Assembly (NCBI GenBank): GCA_008632985.1
Contig: QPGO01000065.1
Location: 62,001 to 126,000, forward strand
DNA length: 64,000 nt
Reading direction: 5' to 3'
Origin: Psammoneis japonica
Lineage: Eukaryota
Below are positions 49,990 to 62,338 of this stretch, in pieces; the first letter of the stretch is position 1; every line of letters starts with the position of its first letter. A model generated the notes under the pieces. It was not told the DNA's origin, made no database searches, and was given only the letters and a program-made list of their open reading frames with translations. A program made the position numbers and the translations under genes.

Positions 49990-52900
49990 CACCCAGGACT
50001 GGAACCCGTCTTCAACGGCACTGTCAACTTTGTCACACATGCATCAGCTGTTTTGCCGTTTGTTGTCTGTTTCATGTCGGCTTTGTTGTGTCATTTCTGC
50101 ACTGAATGGCACTCTTTTGTTCCTTTTCCCTGAACTTGTTTTTCTCCTCCCCCCCATCAGCACCACAAAGCAAACACACAATGTTGTGGTCCCTCCCTTG
50201 CACTCACTGTCTCTCCATGGGCTGTCTCCAGAAGTGCCCCATTGAGGCTGCAATCCCTCTTTTGCTCCTCCCATTTTCTTGCCCACAGCATTGCCTGCAA
50301 CCCAAGAAAACAGCGCGCAAATGATTGTCAGAGCCTTGCACGTCTTTTGTGTTTGAGTGGCTTGTCACACTGTTTCTGCTCGCCATTTTGCCATCCCTGC
50401 CCCCACTTTCCTCTGTGCACACTTGCTGCATCGTTGCAATGCCTGTGTGCAAAGTTTTGCAAAAGTTTGAGCATGTTTGCCTTGTTTGCCCCAGCTCACT
50501 CTCTCTCTCTCTCACCTCATGTTGTGCATGACATCTTCCTCCTTCCCCTCTGCCACTCTGCTTCCTCTACCCGCCAAACTCTCTCTCTCTCTCTCTCTCA
50601 CTCTCATTGTTGGGGCTTTGCCATGTGTTGTTGTGTTTTGTGTCTTGTGAGGATGTTGCCACATTCATGTTTTTGCCACAATTTGGAGCCTGTCTGTCAG
50701 TTGGCTCCACTTGCTGTCTCAGTTTGCCGTCACAATTTTGTTTTGAAACACAATCTTTGTGTTGCATTTTGAAGTTTTGAGTGATTTGAGAAATGACTTG
50801 AGCACGTCATTTGACTTTGTGTCATGTCAGTGGGCTCTCACACTTTCGCCTGTCTGCTCCCCAGCAGTGGGACTTCAATCCACACCTTTTTGCCATTCAG
50901 TGTGTTTGTTGACCATGCCGCCAAAGAAAGGCACAAGCTGAGCCAACAAGGTGCTGGCCGCAACACAGCGCCAACCACACCATCATTGCTGGTGGCCATG
51001 GCCGTGGTCGTGGTGGTGGCCATGGTGGAGGTGGCAGTTGCGGTGCTCATTTACAAGGTCAGGGTCCTCCCACACAAGGCACCAAGAGGGAGGAGGGCTG
51101 GCCCTCATTGATGTGCTGGCTCTGCTTTCGCAGCTCCACCGGCTGCTGAGCCAGGAGCTGCTGCTGTTGCCACTGCTGCTGCCTCCCTCACTCAAGAGAT
51201 GCAGTGAGCCCTTTCATCCAAAGACAATTTGGACAAAGATCACTCTCCTGCAGCACCACCTGAAGATCTCGACTTTCTCCATCACCATGATGAAGTCCCT
51301 TTCTGCAAAAACTCCAACCTGCTTCAAGCCTCCAAGCACCATGTGCCACCCATGCTCTCAACCCAAAACAGCTGATGGCTGCGGGGAGTGCAAAATGTGG
51401 CTTTTTTTCCTGGCGAGTGTGGGGCCTTTGCAAACACCAAAACAAAAAGTTGGTCAAAAAGACATTTGGGAAAAGCACAATGCCCGTGGGAGAAAAATTG
51501 CCCAAGCCAACAAAATGACAGAGTTTCTCCAGAATGCATCACAGAAAAAGACCCTTCATGCCAGAGAAACAACAACTTCAGAGAACAACCTTGTCAAGAA
51601 AGTCAGCAACTCCATGGTGGGTTGTGCTCTTCTGTTCTCTTTTGCAATTGTGTTGAAACAAGAGATCGCCAACACCATGAATTGCCAGCCACTGCTGGAT
51701 GCTCATGTGTGTTTGCTCCAAGTGTCCCTTTGCAAATGAGGTCTGGGAGCAGGTCTTCTCACCCAAGGACAAGGACAAGTCCAGTCACAAGTTCAACAAA
51801 CTTGAAGTCCATCTAAAGTTTTGGGAGAAGGTTTGCCCCTCTGCCCCAAACTTTGTGAGTTGAGAGCTGAGCACCTTCACTTTTCTTTTCCCTGGTTGCA
51901 GTTTGATTGCCTTTTTCTGCCAAAGGCAGGCAGTGCCATGTTTCCTGACCTCCTTGACAGTGTGCTCAACAAGTGCCACACAACAGCACTCCAAGTGACA
52001 AGATTCAATGTCCCTCTTGTCACCAATGTTTTGTTGGCTCATTGGACAGGCAACTTGTGCTTGCTTTTTTTGGCCCCGGCCATCCACGTGCATCTGGGAA
52101 GAGAAGTGCTCAAGCACATTTTGGGACGGTGTGGCTTGGGGCTCTCTCTCCCTCTTGACCTTGCTTCTCTCCACCTGGCTGCAAAACTGCACTCTGGTGC
52201 ACTGTGGGGCACTCCAATGCCAGCAACCATCGTGGAGACTGCACCCTCATGACAAGAGAGTGCTGGGCACATGACTGCACAAATGCAGCAGTTGCCAAGT
52301 TTGCCACTCTTTGGTGCCTTCTGATCCTCTTTGATGTCATTCAAAGTGCTTGAGCCCAAACCCTTTTCCTCTTTTTAGCAGGAGGCTTCATGGGCCTCAG
52401 ATCAGAGCCGCCACAATGCATGGTCGCCTGCGTGTTGCTTTTGTCATCCAGGCACACCCCTGTGCAAGGGAAGAGCATGGATGTGATGGCATGGTGATGC
52501 AACCCAGACATCATCCAAAATTTCACATGGTGTGATTTGACAAAATTTGGCATTTGCACACAAGTGCTCATGGCATCAGGGAAAATCCTGGCCCATGCTC
52601 TCCCCTGGTTCTCTGGCCACCAAACACTGAGGGTGGCACTTGACCATTTTTTGCCTCTCGCACTGCACACAAATGACAAGCATCAACAACAACTCACCAT
52701 GACAGTGTCAAGCGATTTGTCGTGAACACCTTGGCACGATGCAGCACCTGTCGATGCGGTCCACAATGGCTCCGGCGCATCAGGTGATGCCATTCCTCAG
52801 TGTTTGGCGGTCAGAGATTTGTCACAGGGGTGCTGTGGGATGGGAGTTGTCACTTGATGACATGCAATCATTGGCGCGAATGTGGGTGTGTGCAACTCAA

Positions 52901-55750
52901 CGCATGTGGTGATGTCATCACACACCACACCTGCCCACCTGCATCCCATGGCAGTCCTTGCACAAAGGTGGTCCAGGCAGAGGGTTTGCTGGGGATGTGA
53001 CATCTCGTTGTCCCTTTGACACATGAAATTGCTTGTTTGGGGCCAGGCCCCAAATGAGAATTCAATGGTCAGACATTTTGTCTGACAGAATCTTGATGAC
53101 CACGATTTGAGCACAATGCCTGCTCTTGCGAACGGGAACCATGACGACTCGACAATGGCAGTTTCAGGACAAGAGACCCCGCTCACTCTCTGTTCTGACA
53201 GGTCTTCACAGCACAAACTCCATGTGTTTGCATGTGTCTGTTTGGTTGACACTTTAGCCACACAATTGTTTTCCATCCGAGTCAACAGTGTGTCAATCAC
53301 AGACGAGCAAATGACACGGCAAATCAGGGGGAAATTGACAATGTCAGGTGTTCGTGACACGGCGACCACCTTGTTGTTGTCTGAGACAAATGAAAACAAC
53401 ACGATCAAAACAACCATGCTCAATTTAACCCAAACTGCAACGTTCATGTTGGTTGTTGACCATTTTGGTGCCGCAAGATTTGACTTTGCATCAACAAGCA
53501 AAACAAGAATCGAGCTTGTGGTGGTTTGATGTTTGTTGCCATGCGGTGCTTTCAACCATTCCTTTTCATTTTTTGTTTCCACCAACAAACAATTCTGAAA
53601 TCTGAGATTCCCACATGACAGTTGCAGCTTTCCTGCCATTTTCTCCGGCCGCCGAAATGGCGGTTGAGTTGCCATCTTTGGACGCTGTTGCAGAGAGGCA
53701 AAAAAACTTGTTTTCTTGTCTGAGTTTTGCGTGTGATCGCTCAACACACCAGTGCAACAATCGACGCAAACAGCCATGAAAACCTTTCAATGCCTCGAGC
53801 CTTTGGGGCCAGGCGCTCCCCAAGCGATTTAGCCGTCATTTTCCCGCCGCATTGTTTGGGGCCAGCCCCCCACAGCGGTTTCAACGTGCATTTCAGGGCA
53901 AACGGTGAAATGTGCTCATCACCCATTTCTCCTTCCCTCGCCGATTCATTTTGTTGCACATTGCATGTCGCACGTCTTCAAGTCCACCACGATGGCACTC
54001 TTTGTCAATTGAAGATGCAACTCTGCAGTGCTGTTGACACCCCTTTGTGACACGCCATTTAGAGAAGACAGGTTGGTCAAATTTTGCCAACTGTGCCAGC
54101 CAGCAGTTCCTTCTTCCCCGCCAACATCCCCACCCAACTCCTCAATGTTGTTCTTTGTTCTGCAGCACAGTCTCTGTCTCGACAGCGAGGTTTGTCCTTT
54201 GCCACCTTTTTGGCTTCCTTCCTCTCCATCATCTCGTCTGAAAATTTCGTCTTTCGTTTGTCCTTTGTCTTGTCCCGAATGGCAGCTGATTCTGGCACGA
54301 CATTCCGAAAGAGCTCGGGGAGGAATTTGAGAATTCCAAGACGATTGCCGCCACATTGCGTCGGCTCAAGAAATCAACAGCTGAGCCTGTTGTCAGGAAC
54401 GATCGCACCGCTGTCATCAAGCCGAGTTTGACGCTGAGATTGATGGACTTGGTGCCAATGTAGACTGTTTTAAGTGGCAAGAATGATTGTTGGTTTCTCG
54501 ACAGGCTGAGCTGGAAGCCGAGCTGCACGACAAAACATGGAAGTTGCCCCGTTCAAGACGATTTGATGTCGACAGTCATGCCATTGTTTTTGCACCCGTG
54601 GCAGGACTGGACACGACAAAAGTGAGCATGGCATTGTTTCTCTTTCAGCAGATGCTGCTGTACTTTGTTTGACCCTGCTTGCAAAGCAACGCTTCTGAGA
54701 CCTCCTCTCAGTCCTCAGCAACCGCTCTTTGCTCTGGGAAATGTGCTTGGAAGCACCAGATGGCCAGTTTGAGTGCATGACTTGTTGCTGTGGGCATTGT
54801 GCATGTAAGATTCAACTGCAGTGCTAGAGATGATCACCTGCTGCTGCGTGTCGGTTGGTTCATGGCCTGCGTTGAATGGCAGGATTTGACCTCATGAGCA
54901 GTTTAAAACATGGACCTTCCCAGCAAGAATTCCATTGCCTCACACTGTTAGAATCATCCACACTGTCAAGATGTTAAATGCACAAGACCAACCAAGTAAA
55001 CTTGCCTGGATCATCGACCCACTTTGTCAGCCCGACGGTGCATTTCTCATCAACTGACAGAGAACAGCGGCTTGAGCTGATTTGAGCTCGGATGATCCCG
55101 ACAGAATGCCTCCAATGCCATCACACCAAGTCTTGACAAGCATGCCAAGACTGCGCTGCATTGTAGAGTCCACATGAGACTTTTCATCCACCCCTGCAGT
55201 CAAGCTCGTTCGTCCCGGCATCGTGGCATGAATCTCGTCATCAGGAGCGGCACGAATGATCTTGTGTTTTTCTCTCTGGGCTTCTACAGATGGAACAATT
55301 TTGCACAGCATGACAGTTGGATGCAACAGAGAGCTGAGACATGGGAGACACTGGGAAAGGCAAGTCAAAATGCCATCAACAAGGCCACCGTCAGATCGAT
55401 GACAACAAATCAATGAAAACTTGTTCCGACAATCCAGCACAAACCCCGCGCAGAAATCTGCCACATTTCCACGAAAAAAGCACAACCGAGATTCCATCTG
55501 CCATTGTCAACCATGTCGACAACGATGACATCAAAACATCTTGCACTGAGGAAAAAACGATGTGTGACCTCAACAATGCCATCAACGACAACACATCTCA
55601 TTTTTTCCTCAGTGTCGGCAGTTTGCATGAAGTGGAACCGGCTGTTGTCGATTCATCGTGACTGTGGTTCTGAGCAACAAAATTTTTTTGTGCGGTGACA
55701 GTGTGCTTTTTTCAAAACTTTGAAGATTCAAAGGTTCCCAATTCCAGTTT
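49990..55750. other. Decayed TE-like DNA, TpA-depleted (CpG also depleted at about 50.0-52.7 kb)
   Basis: Composition only; ORFs not assignable. Confidence 0.5.
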
Positions 55751-56183
55751 GATTTGGCACTCCTCGCACCCAAGTTTAGATGGAGATGGACTGACTTGAC
55801 TCAACCTTGCCCGATGACTGTGACCTCTCGCCTGATCCATTTCGGAAGTTGGGGACTTCCGGCTCAAGATGACCCAGTCTAGTCTTCCGACTGTGACCGG
55901 TCAAACTTCGGTTTTCTCTTCTCCACTTTTCCAGCTTGATTGGAACAGGAACCCTGATCAAGGTGACTGGATCACACAAGCCCGGAAAAGCAGCATTCTT
56001 TTTAGTCTCTCTTGTCATGTCGGATTTCTTCGCCTCGGGTGTCTCGGATGATGCATTCATTGATTTGGCTCGTCAGCTGGAGTCTGACATCATCTCACCG
56101 TTCTCGTCGAGCTCTCCGGTGGCTCCCTCTCCTCAGGCTCGCCCCTCTGGGGCTGCGCAACAGGGGGGGGGGGGTTCGGGGGC

Positions 56184-58481
56184 TTGGGTCCCCGGGGCAT
56201 GGGCAAGGATGTCTCGGGGGGTCACAGTCATCCCCAATCGGACATTGACAGGGCGGAGTCAGGGGAAGTCATTTCCCACCCTCCAGGAACTCACGTTTTG
56301 GAAGGAGACGCATCCCGCCCGTTTCGGAAGGAAACCCGCTCATCCCGGGTGGGCTTCTTTGGGCGGGATTTGCCGGGTGATGTCGGAGGCACGCTCGAGA
56401 CGGGGGAGGAAGGTGCATCTTCTTCGTCCTCGCATGTGTCTTGTCATCGAATCACCTGGCTGGAGACTGCTGGAGCACCTCGGTGCTTGGGGATCAAGGG
56501 CGGAGGGGCCACCTTCTGCCTCAAGAAAGCAAGCGACTGCAACGTCAAGCATGAGGGCGGAAGGATGAATGTCCCGGTTGAGGGGATGATGGCGATTCTC
56601 AAGGCGCCGGATGCGGCCTTTTGTCAGCCCATCCTAGACGGAGGCAGCATGTCCGGTGAGGTCTCAGTCAAGTGGGAATCGGAGTCAGATGCCCTGGCCG
56701 GATGGCGACAGAAATTTTTGGTCCCAGACAACAGTGAACCCTTTTTCACTGAGGACGAGGTGGAGCCCGCCCTGAAGGAGTGTGAAAGGGTGGCTGATTT
56801 CAAGACACCGGCATGCAAGCAGCGGCCAGAACCCACCTCGCCTCTCGAAGACACCGCCCCGGAGAGGTTCGTCCCGCATGAGAAACAAATCCTCTCCACA
56901 CCGGCGCAATTCCTGGCGGCAAACAAGAGTCCGTCCGGGTTGGCTCGAGTGGTGCAATCGACGGAGGACGGGTTAAGGCAGGCCGGGGAGGCACTGGCCG
57001 ACCCAGGTGACAAGGCTGGGAAGCGTCTCCATGCTGCAGAGTCCATGCTCGACATTCTCAGCAGAAAACTGGATCAACTCGATGCCTCTCTTGGGGAACC
57101 GACCCAGGGGTTTGACGAGGCTCTACTCGCCCCTGCGCTTTGGGGCACTCTAGCAAACGTCGCGTCCCGGGAATCCGGGTCCCAATCCCTGGATCTAGGG
57201 GAGTGCATCACACAAGTGGAGACGGGTTGGCAAAACCAATCCAACAATTTAGTGAGAACGTTTGACGCGAGGTTCCAAGGCATGCAAGACCGGATGGGAT
57301 CTGCGGCTAGCCGCACGGATCTAGAAAGCCTGAAGAGGAACATGCTTCGCGTTTGTACACAGCCAACTGCAAAGGTCAGGTTGATGGAGGCTCAGCGCGG
57401 TTCGGGGTTCGGGGCTTCAGGAGTTTCATTTGATCATGGGTCCGTGGATGCACGCCTCACTTGCCTGGACCATGCAGTGAGTGAGCTACATGCAAAATCG
57501 GGTGAGTCCGCCATCAAGTTTTCAGGGGTTGGCATGTCGTCCTACGAGGAGTGCCAGGCCTGGATGACACAGCACTTCCCCTCGAGGGCTTGTGGGTGTT
57601 TGACAGATGTCGTCCTGCTCTTGGACCGCATCAAAGGAATCGAGCCCACCGCCCTGCATCATTTTTTATCTCAGTGGGCCAAGCGAATGAGCATGAACAT
57701 CGTGACCGAGGAGGACGCGAGAACTTTAGCGGGTTTCCAATGCCGCGTGCCCCGGATTTTCGACTCGGGATCGGCAAAGTCGGCTCAGACCTTGGGGTTG
57801 CACCCTTCCCACCTGGACAAGGTGGAGACTTGTGAGCATTGGTCGTCTGGCAATGTGGGCACGAAGCATTTCATCGAAGGGAAGATCGCCTTGACGGAAA
57901 ATGACATCATGGAGGACATCAACCAACGGATTAGACCGGGGACGTTTGAGAGCCAGGCAGTGCGTGATGCGTTGTCCAAATCGGTGGCTTTCCTGCGGGC
58001 GCTGGTGCAGTTCATCGACTCAACTTGTGCTTCTCTCACCGATCCAAGCAAGTTCTCGAAGAAGCAAGCGTGGTCCCTGACCTCCAAATTGACGCATCGC
58101 ATCTTTGAGGACATTCATAAAGCCCGTTCAAGGGTTTTTACTTCCATTTCGGGGACAGATCCAGACGCGGTGTGCAGCAAAATTTTGTGGGCAGTGTTTC
58201 GGACCCAGGACATTGTGGCCGAGCACACCTCCATGGGGTTCTCCAATCACCCGTCAATGGCTTCGGAACATGTCAAGTTTCTCGCGACCAATTCCGGCTT
58301 CAAAGTGGTTGCGGACTTGCAATCCACGGTCCTGACGTTGACGGAGAAGGCCAAAAACGCAAGCTCTGAGGCGAAATCAGCCCAGGCTCGTGGGGATGCG
58401 GCTCACATGGAACTCGGAAAATTGCGCACGGAAGTGAAGGACCCAACTCGGCGCCTCAAGACGCTTGAGAACAAGAAGTGA
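56184..58481 (+). CDS. Gag-like ORF1 with Cys/His finger and coiled coils (true start perhaps ATG 56018, frameshift at G-run 56163-56174)
   Basis: 765 aa; CLGIKGGGATFCLKKASDCNVKH finger; only 1 Tyr. Confidence 0.7.
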   Translation: MGPRGMGKDVSGGHSHPQSDIDRAESGEVISHPPGTHVLEGDASRPFRKETRSSRVGFFGRDLPGDVGGTLETGEEGASSSSSHVSCHRITWLETAGAPRCLGIKGGGATFCLKKASDCNVKHEGGRMNVPVEGMMAILKAPDAAFCQPILDGGSMSGEVSVKWESESDALAGWRQKFLVPDNSEPFFTEDEVEPALKECERVADFKTPACKQRPEPTSPLEDTAPERFVPHEKQILSTPAQFLAANKSPSGLARVVQSTEDGLRQAGEALADPGDKAGKRLHAAESMLDILSRKLDQLDASLGEPTQGFDEALLAPALWGTLANVASRESGSQSLDLGECITQVETGWQNQSNNLVRTFDARFQGMQDRMGSAASRTDLESLKRNMLRVCTQPTAKVRLMEAQRGSGFGASGVSFDHGSVDARLTCLDHAVSELHAKSGESAIKFSGVGMSSYEECQAWMTQHFPSRACGCLTDVVLLLDRIKGIEPTALHHFLSQWAKRMSMNIVTEEDARTLAGFQCRVPRIFDSGSAKSAQTLGLHPSHLDKVETCEHWSSGNVGTKHFIEGKIALTENDIMEDINQRIRPGTFESQAVRDALSKSVAFLRALVQFIDSTCASLTDPSKFSKKQAWSLTSKLTHRIFEDIHKARSRVFTSISGTDPDAVCSKILWAVFRTQDIVAEHTSMGFSNHPSMASEHVKFLATNSGFKVVADLQSTVLTLTEKAKNASSEAKSAQARGDAAHMELGKLRTEVKDPTRRLKTLENKK

Positions 58482-58520
58482 AGTTCACGGGGAGCGGAAG
58501 AACTGGGGGAGGATCCGGTC

Positions 58521-59840
58521 TTGATTGACAGGCCTGGCAACCCAAGGCACGTCACACGAGGCCGCAAAGCCTTCTCATTTCAAGGAGCATGCTCAGTTCT
58601 TGCTTCCGGTCCCCCAATTTGGCTTTTGTCCCTCAGACCAAAGGAATGGCCCACTTTGCATTGCTGTTCGGACAACGCTTCCACATCCCACTGGAGTCCC
58701 CTGTTGGTGGACATGTTCCAAACCCAACCAGGTGCTTCCTTGGCGCAGGTCGCCTGGTCCAGCGTGGGACACCTTGCTTCCCAGGTTAATCTCGCACTCG
58801 TGTCGGGCCCACCAACATTCCTCGAATCCATTGCGCATGTGATTCAATCCGCACCCGTGATTTTGATCCCCATGGGAAAATTCTCGAGGCGCAGTCTCCT
58901 TGGACTGTGCCAGTTTCAATGTCGGGAGATTGCTCATGCGGGGGTCGGAGGGGTCACTTCCTTCCGCACAACCCTGTTCTGACAAGGGGCACCCGCTCCG
59001 GCTTTTGACGAAGGCCTGCGGCGGTCCATTGGACATGTCATTGATCACAAGCCACCCGGACCGCCGTCGCCCCAACACCCCCGGGATCAGTTTTACACTG
59101 AGGCTGACCATCTCAATCCACAGTTCTTGGATCGACCGGTTGTGCACCCGTCTCATCGGTCTGCGACAGGTTGGGTCTCCCGCACTCTTTCTGTGGATGA
59201 AATGTTGGCCGCCTGGGATTTTCCTTTGCATTGCCGCACGCCTCGGGTGCACAGGGCTTTCGAGCAGGGCTTTTTGTTTGTCCCGTTGAACCTCCTCACT
59301 TTGTTTGTGGAAGCTTGCATTGACGATGCTCCCCAATGCTCGTCGGAGCCTGGGCGTCTGGCTGACAGGGACACGGTTGTCGAGGTCATGCAGCGTCAGG
59401 CTGGAACCTGGTTGCCTGGCCTTCAGCGGTTTTTGCCGCACACTTGGATTGATGTGTCTCTCATGATGGCGAAAGCTGCTGAGGGTGATGCAGTGGCGCC
59501 TCCATTTTGTCTGTGGGACAAGCGGATCACCCTGCTGTTCCCGGCCTTTGGGAAGGCTCTACTTGCCCTCCGGGCTTTAACCCACCAATGGTGGCGGCGG
59601 AGGACTTTTCGATCCTTCCTGTCCCACCTGCGCCGGGAACATGGTCTGACTTGGGCCGGGTGGTTGGTCATTCAACGCCGGCGTTTTGGGGACACCAGGG
59701 GGCGTCTTCAAGGGGGGGTTTGTCGCCACCCTCCGCTCCCTTCTTTGCTGCTTGACGCACACCTTGGAGCCGAGGTGTTGACACAAGCATTGGCCAACTC
59801 ATGGTGGAACTGGGACCGAGGTTCTTCCCTCCCATTTTAG
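58521..59840 (+). pseudogene. Pre-RT region with possible degenerate C5-cytosine methyltransferase C-terminal motifs
   Basis: HAGVGGVT (~58935) and RTLSVDEMLAAWDFP (59181-59225), the latter resembling C5-MTase motif IX (RxLTxRExARLQGFP). Confidence 0.35.
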
Positions 59841-59864
59841 CAATGGCCCACCCCGGAGCAGAGG

Positions 59865-61916
59865 TTGTGCGCTCGGGATGGAATCCAAATCTTTGTTCAA
59901 GGTCCACTTCCCCGCAATCGTCGGCAACAGCAAATTTGGGGTTCGGAGCAGGAGATCCTGCAGATGGCAGACAAGATGCAGAAAGTCCCGGCCCAAGGAC
60001 ACATCTGCCAGGGCAAGGTGATTAGCCCAACGGACAATTTCTGGGTCCCAAAGACTGTCCGGGTCGAGCCCCAGAATGGGCGGTTGGTGGAAATCGTCGA
60101 AGACGTGCGCATGGTTTACAATGGCACGTCATCCAGTTTGAACGATGCTTTGTGGGCACCCTCCTTTTTCTTGCCCACACCCGCCTCGGCACTGGGCTGC
60201 ATGACCAGCTCCACCTTCTCGGTGGACCTCGACCTCGCTGACATGTTCTTAAATTTCTTCATGGATCCCACCATCCGGCCATGTGCGGGGATCAACCCAA
60301 CCCCACTCAAGCCGTGTCTGTCAACGACGGGGCCGGCCACGGGGAGCACACTTTGGTTTGAACAATGGAACCGCCCATTTGTGGGGATGCGCCCCAGCCC
60401 CCACTTGGCGGTGCGAGCCTTCCATTGGGCTGACGAGATTGCCAGAGGTGATCCACAACATGCGTCCAACATTGTGGGGCATGACAAGGTGATCCTCAAC
60501 TTGCCGGGGGACCCAAATTTCCAGATGGAAAAACCGTTTGTCATGAAGTGGAACTCGTGTCGGGAGGAAATCGCTGGGGACATTAAAACTTTCGTGGACG
60601 ACTTGCAAGGCATGGGAGCTGGCGAGGAAGCCGCATGGCAAGTGGCTCATCAAATGGCCTCTTGATTGCAGTGTCTGGGTCTGCAGAATGCGGCCCGAAA
60701 AGTGCGCCCTCCTTCTCAGGTCGAAACGGGAGCTTGGGTGGGCGCCATCTTCAGAGTCATCGACAACGATGTTGCCCAGTCTGTGGCTCAGGCCAAATGG
60801 GACAAAGCCAACAAGGTCATCATTGCCAATTTGCTTGGTCACTGTGCTGATCGGCCCGGGGGCTCCCTTCCTGTGTTTGACTTCAAGGATTTGGAGCGGA
60901 AACGGGGTTTTCTTGTTCACCTTGCGATGACTCATTCTTTTCTAACTCCATTCTTGAAAGGTGTCCATTTGACCCTCGATTCGTGGCGCCCAAACCGGAA
61001 GGCTGATGGTTGGGCGATGACTGGAAAGGAGTTCGCGAGTTGGATCCACCATCTCGCGGAGAAGCAGGGCCTAGAACCGTCAGTGGTCGCCAAAGGGCCA
61101 AGGGACCGTCCGCCACCTCAGCAGGTCACGGCGGTCCCTCGTTTGTTTGTGGACTTGACAGCTGTGTCCCGAATTGTGGAGCCCCCGACCCCCACTGTGG
61201 TGATCATTCGTCCGGCGAAAATCGTCGCAGTCCTCTGCGGTTTTGGTGATGCATCTGGAAAAGGCCTTGGCACGTCTCTGGAAACATCGGACGGATCAAT
61301 TGTCTTTCGAATCGGTGTGTGGGGCGAGGAGGAACTGGGAAATTCCTCGAATTGGAAGGAATTGTCCAACACAGTCGATGCCATCCAGGAACTTGGAGAG
61401 GGGGGCGAATTGACGGGCACGTGTTTGTTCTTTTTCACTGACAACTCAGTTGCTGAATTGGCTTGGTGCAAGGGCACATCCTCCAGCCCTCTCCTGCTCA
61501 AGCAAATTGTTCGGCTGAAATCATTAGAAGCCAAGCATGGGATTGGGCTGCATCTCATCCATGTCTCGGGAGGTCGGATGATGGCGCAGGGTGCGGACGG
61601 AGTCTCCAGGGGAGCATTGTCGGAAGGGGTTATGAACGGAGCCAAAATGTTGTCGTTCGCACCCCTTCACCTCGCCGCCACTGATCGGTCTCCCTCTCTT
61701 TTCACGTGGATCCGATCCTGGGCTGGTGCCCCACCTCCGGAGCTGCTGACCCCCTTGGAGTGGTGCCAGAAGGGTCACGACATTGCCGGGTGGAATTGCC
61801 TTTACCACGAGGCAATCAAGATGCCCCGGTTCAAATCAGGCACTTGGGTTTGGGCACTGCCCCCGGCTGCAGCAAGAGCTGCTCTGGAAGAGCTCCGTGT
61901 CGCTGGGATTAAATGA
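59865..61916 (+). pseudogene. Reverse transcriptase plus RNase H (DIRS type), in-frame TGA at 60663
   Basis: DLDLADMFLNF, GMRPSP, TFVDDL; GFGDASG, SSNWKEL, FTDNSVAE, ADGVSRG. Confidence 0.9.
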
Positions 61917-62110
61917 CAAACATCATTCAGCATGTTCGTCTGCCCACGGTTGATGACGCCGGAGTGGCAGAAGCAGTTGCACAAGGCGGCGGATCTTGTG
62001 TTCACTGTTCCGGCTGGGGGGAGGTCCTTCTGGCCAGGTGAAATGTTCGAGCCACTGCCAGTTGGTCTTCTCTTTCCGTTTGTTTCCTGCTGCCCTTGGC
62101 AGCTTTGGGG
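61840..62110 (+). pseudogene. Degenerate DIRS DAM-like (N6-adenine MTase) domain
   Basis: WALPPAAA...FVCPRLMTPEW resembles the NPP...P.W...W pattern found after RNase H in DIRS elements. Confidence 0.45.
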
Positions 62111-62338
62111 AACCCCAAAAATGCATGCTGTGGACCGGTCCTTGCAACGAATGTGGCCGGACGCTGCGGTGGACGAAAGGCACATTCTGTGCAAATGTTG
62201 TGCACAATGTGGGAATCTGGCCGGCATGTCGGAAGGTGTGGTGTCCAGGTTGTCATGCTTCGAGAAAAAGCACAACATTCCATCTGGGAGGGACCCTGAC
62301 GGACGACCCTCAAAACGACGACGCCCAAATTCTCGGGG

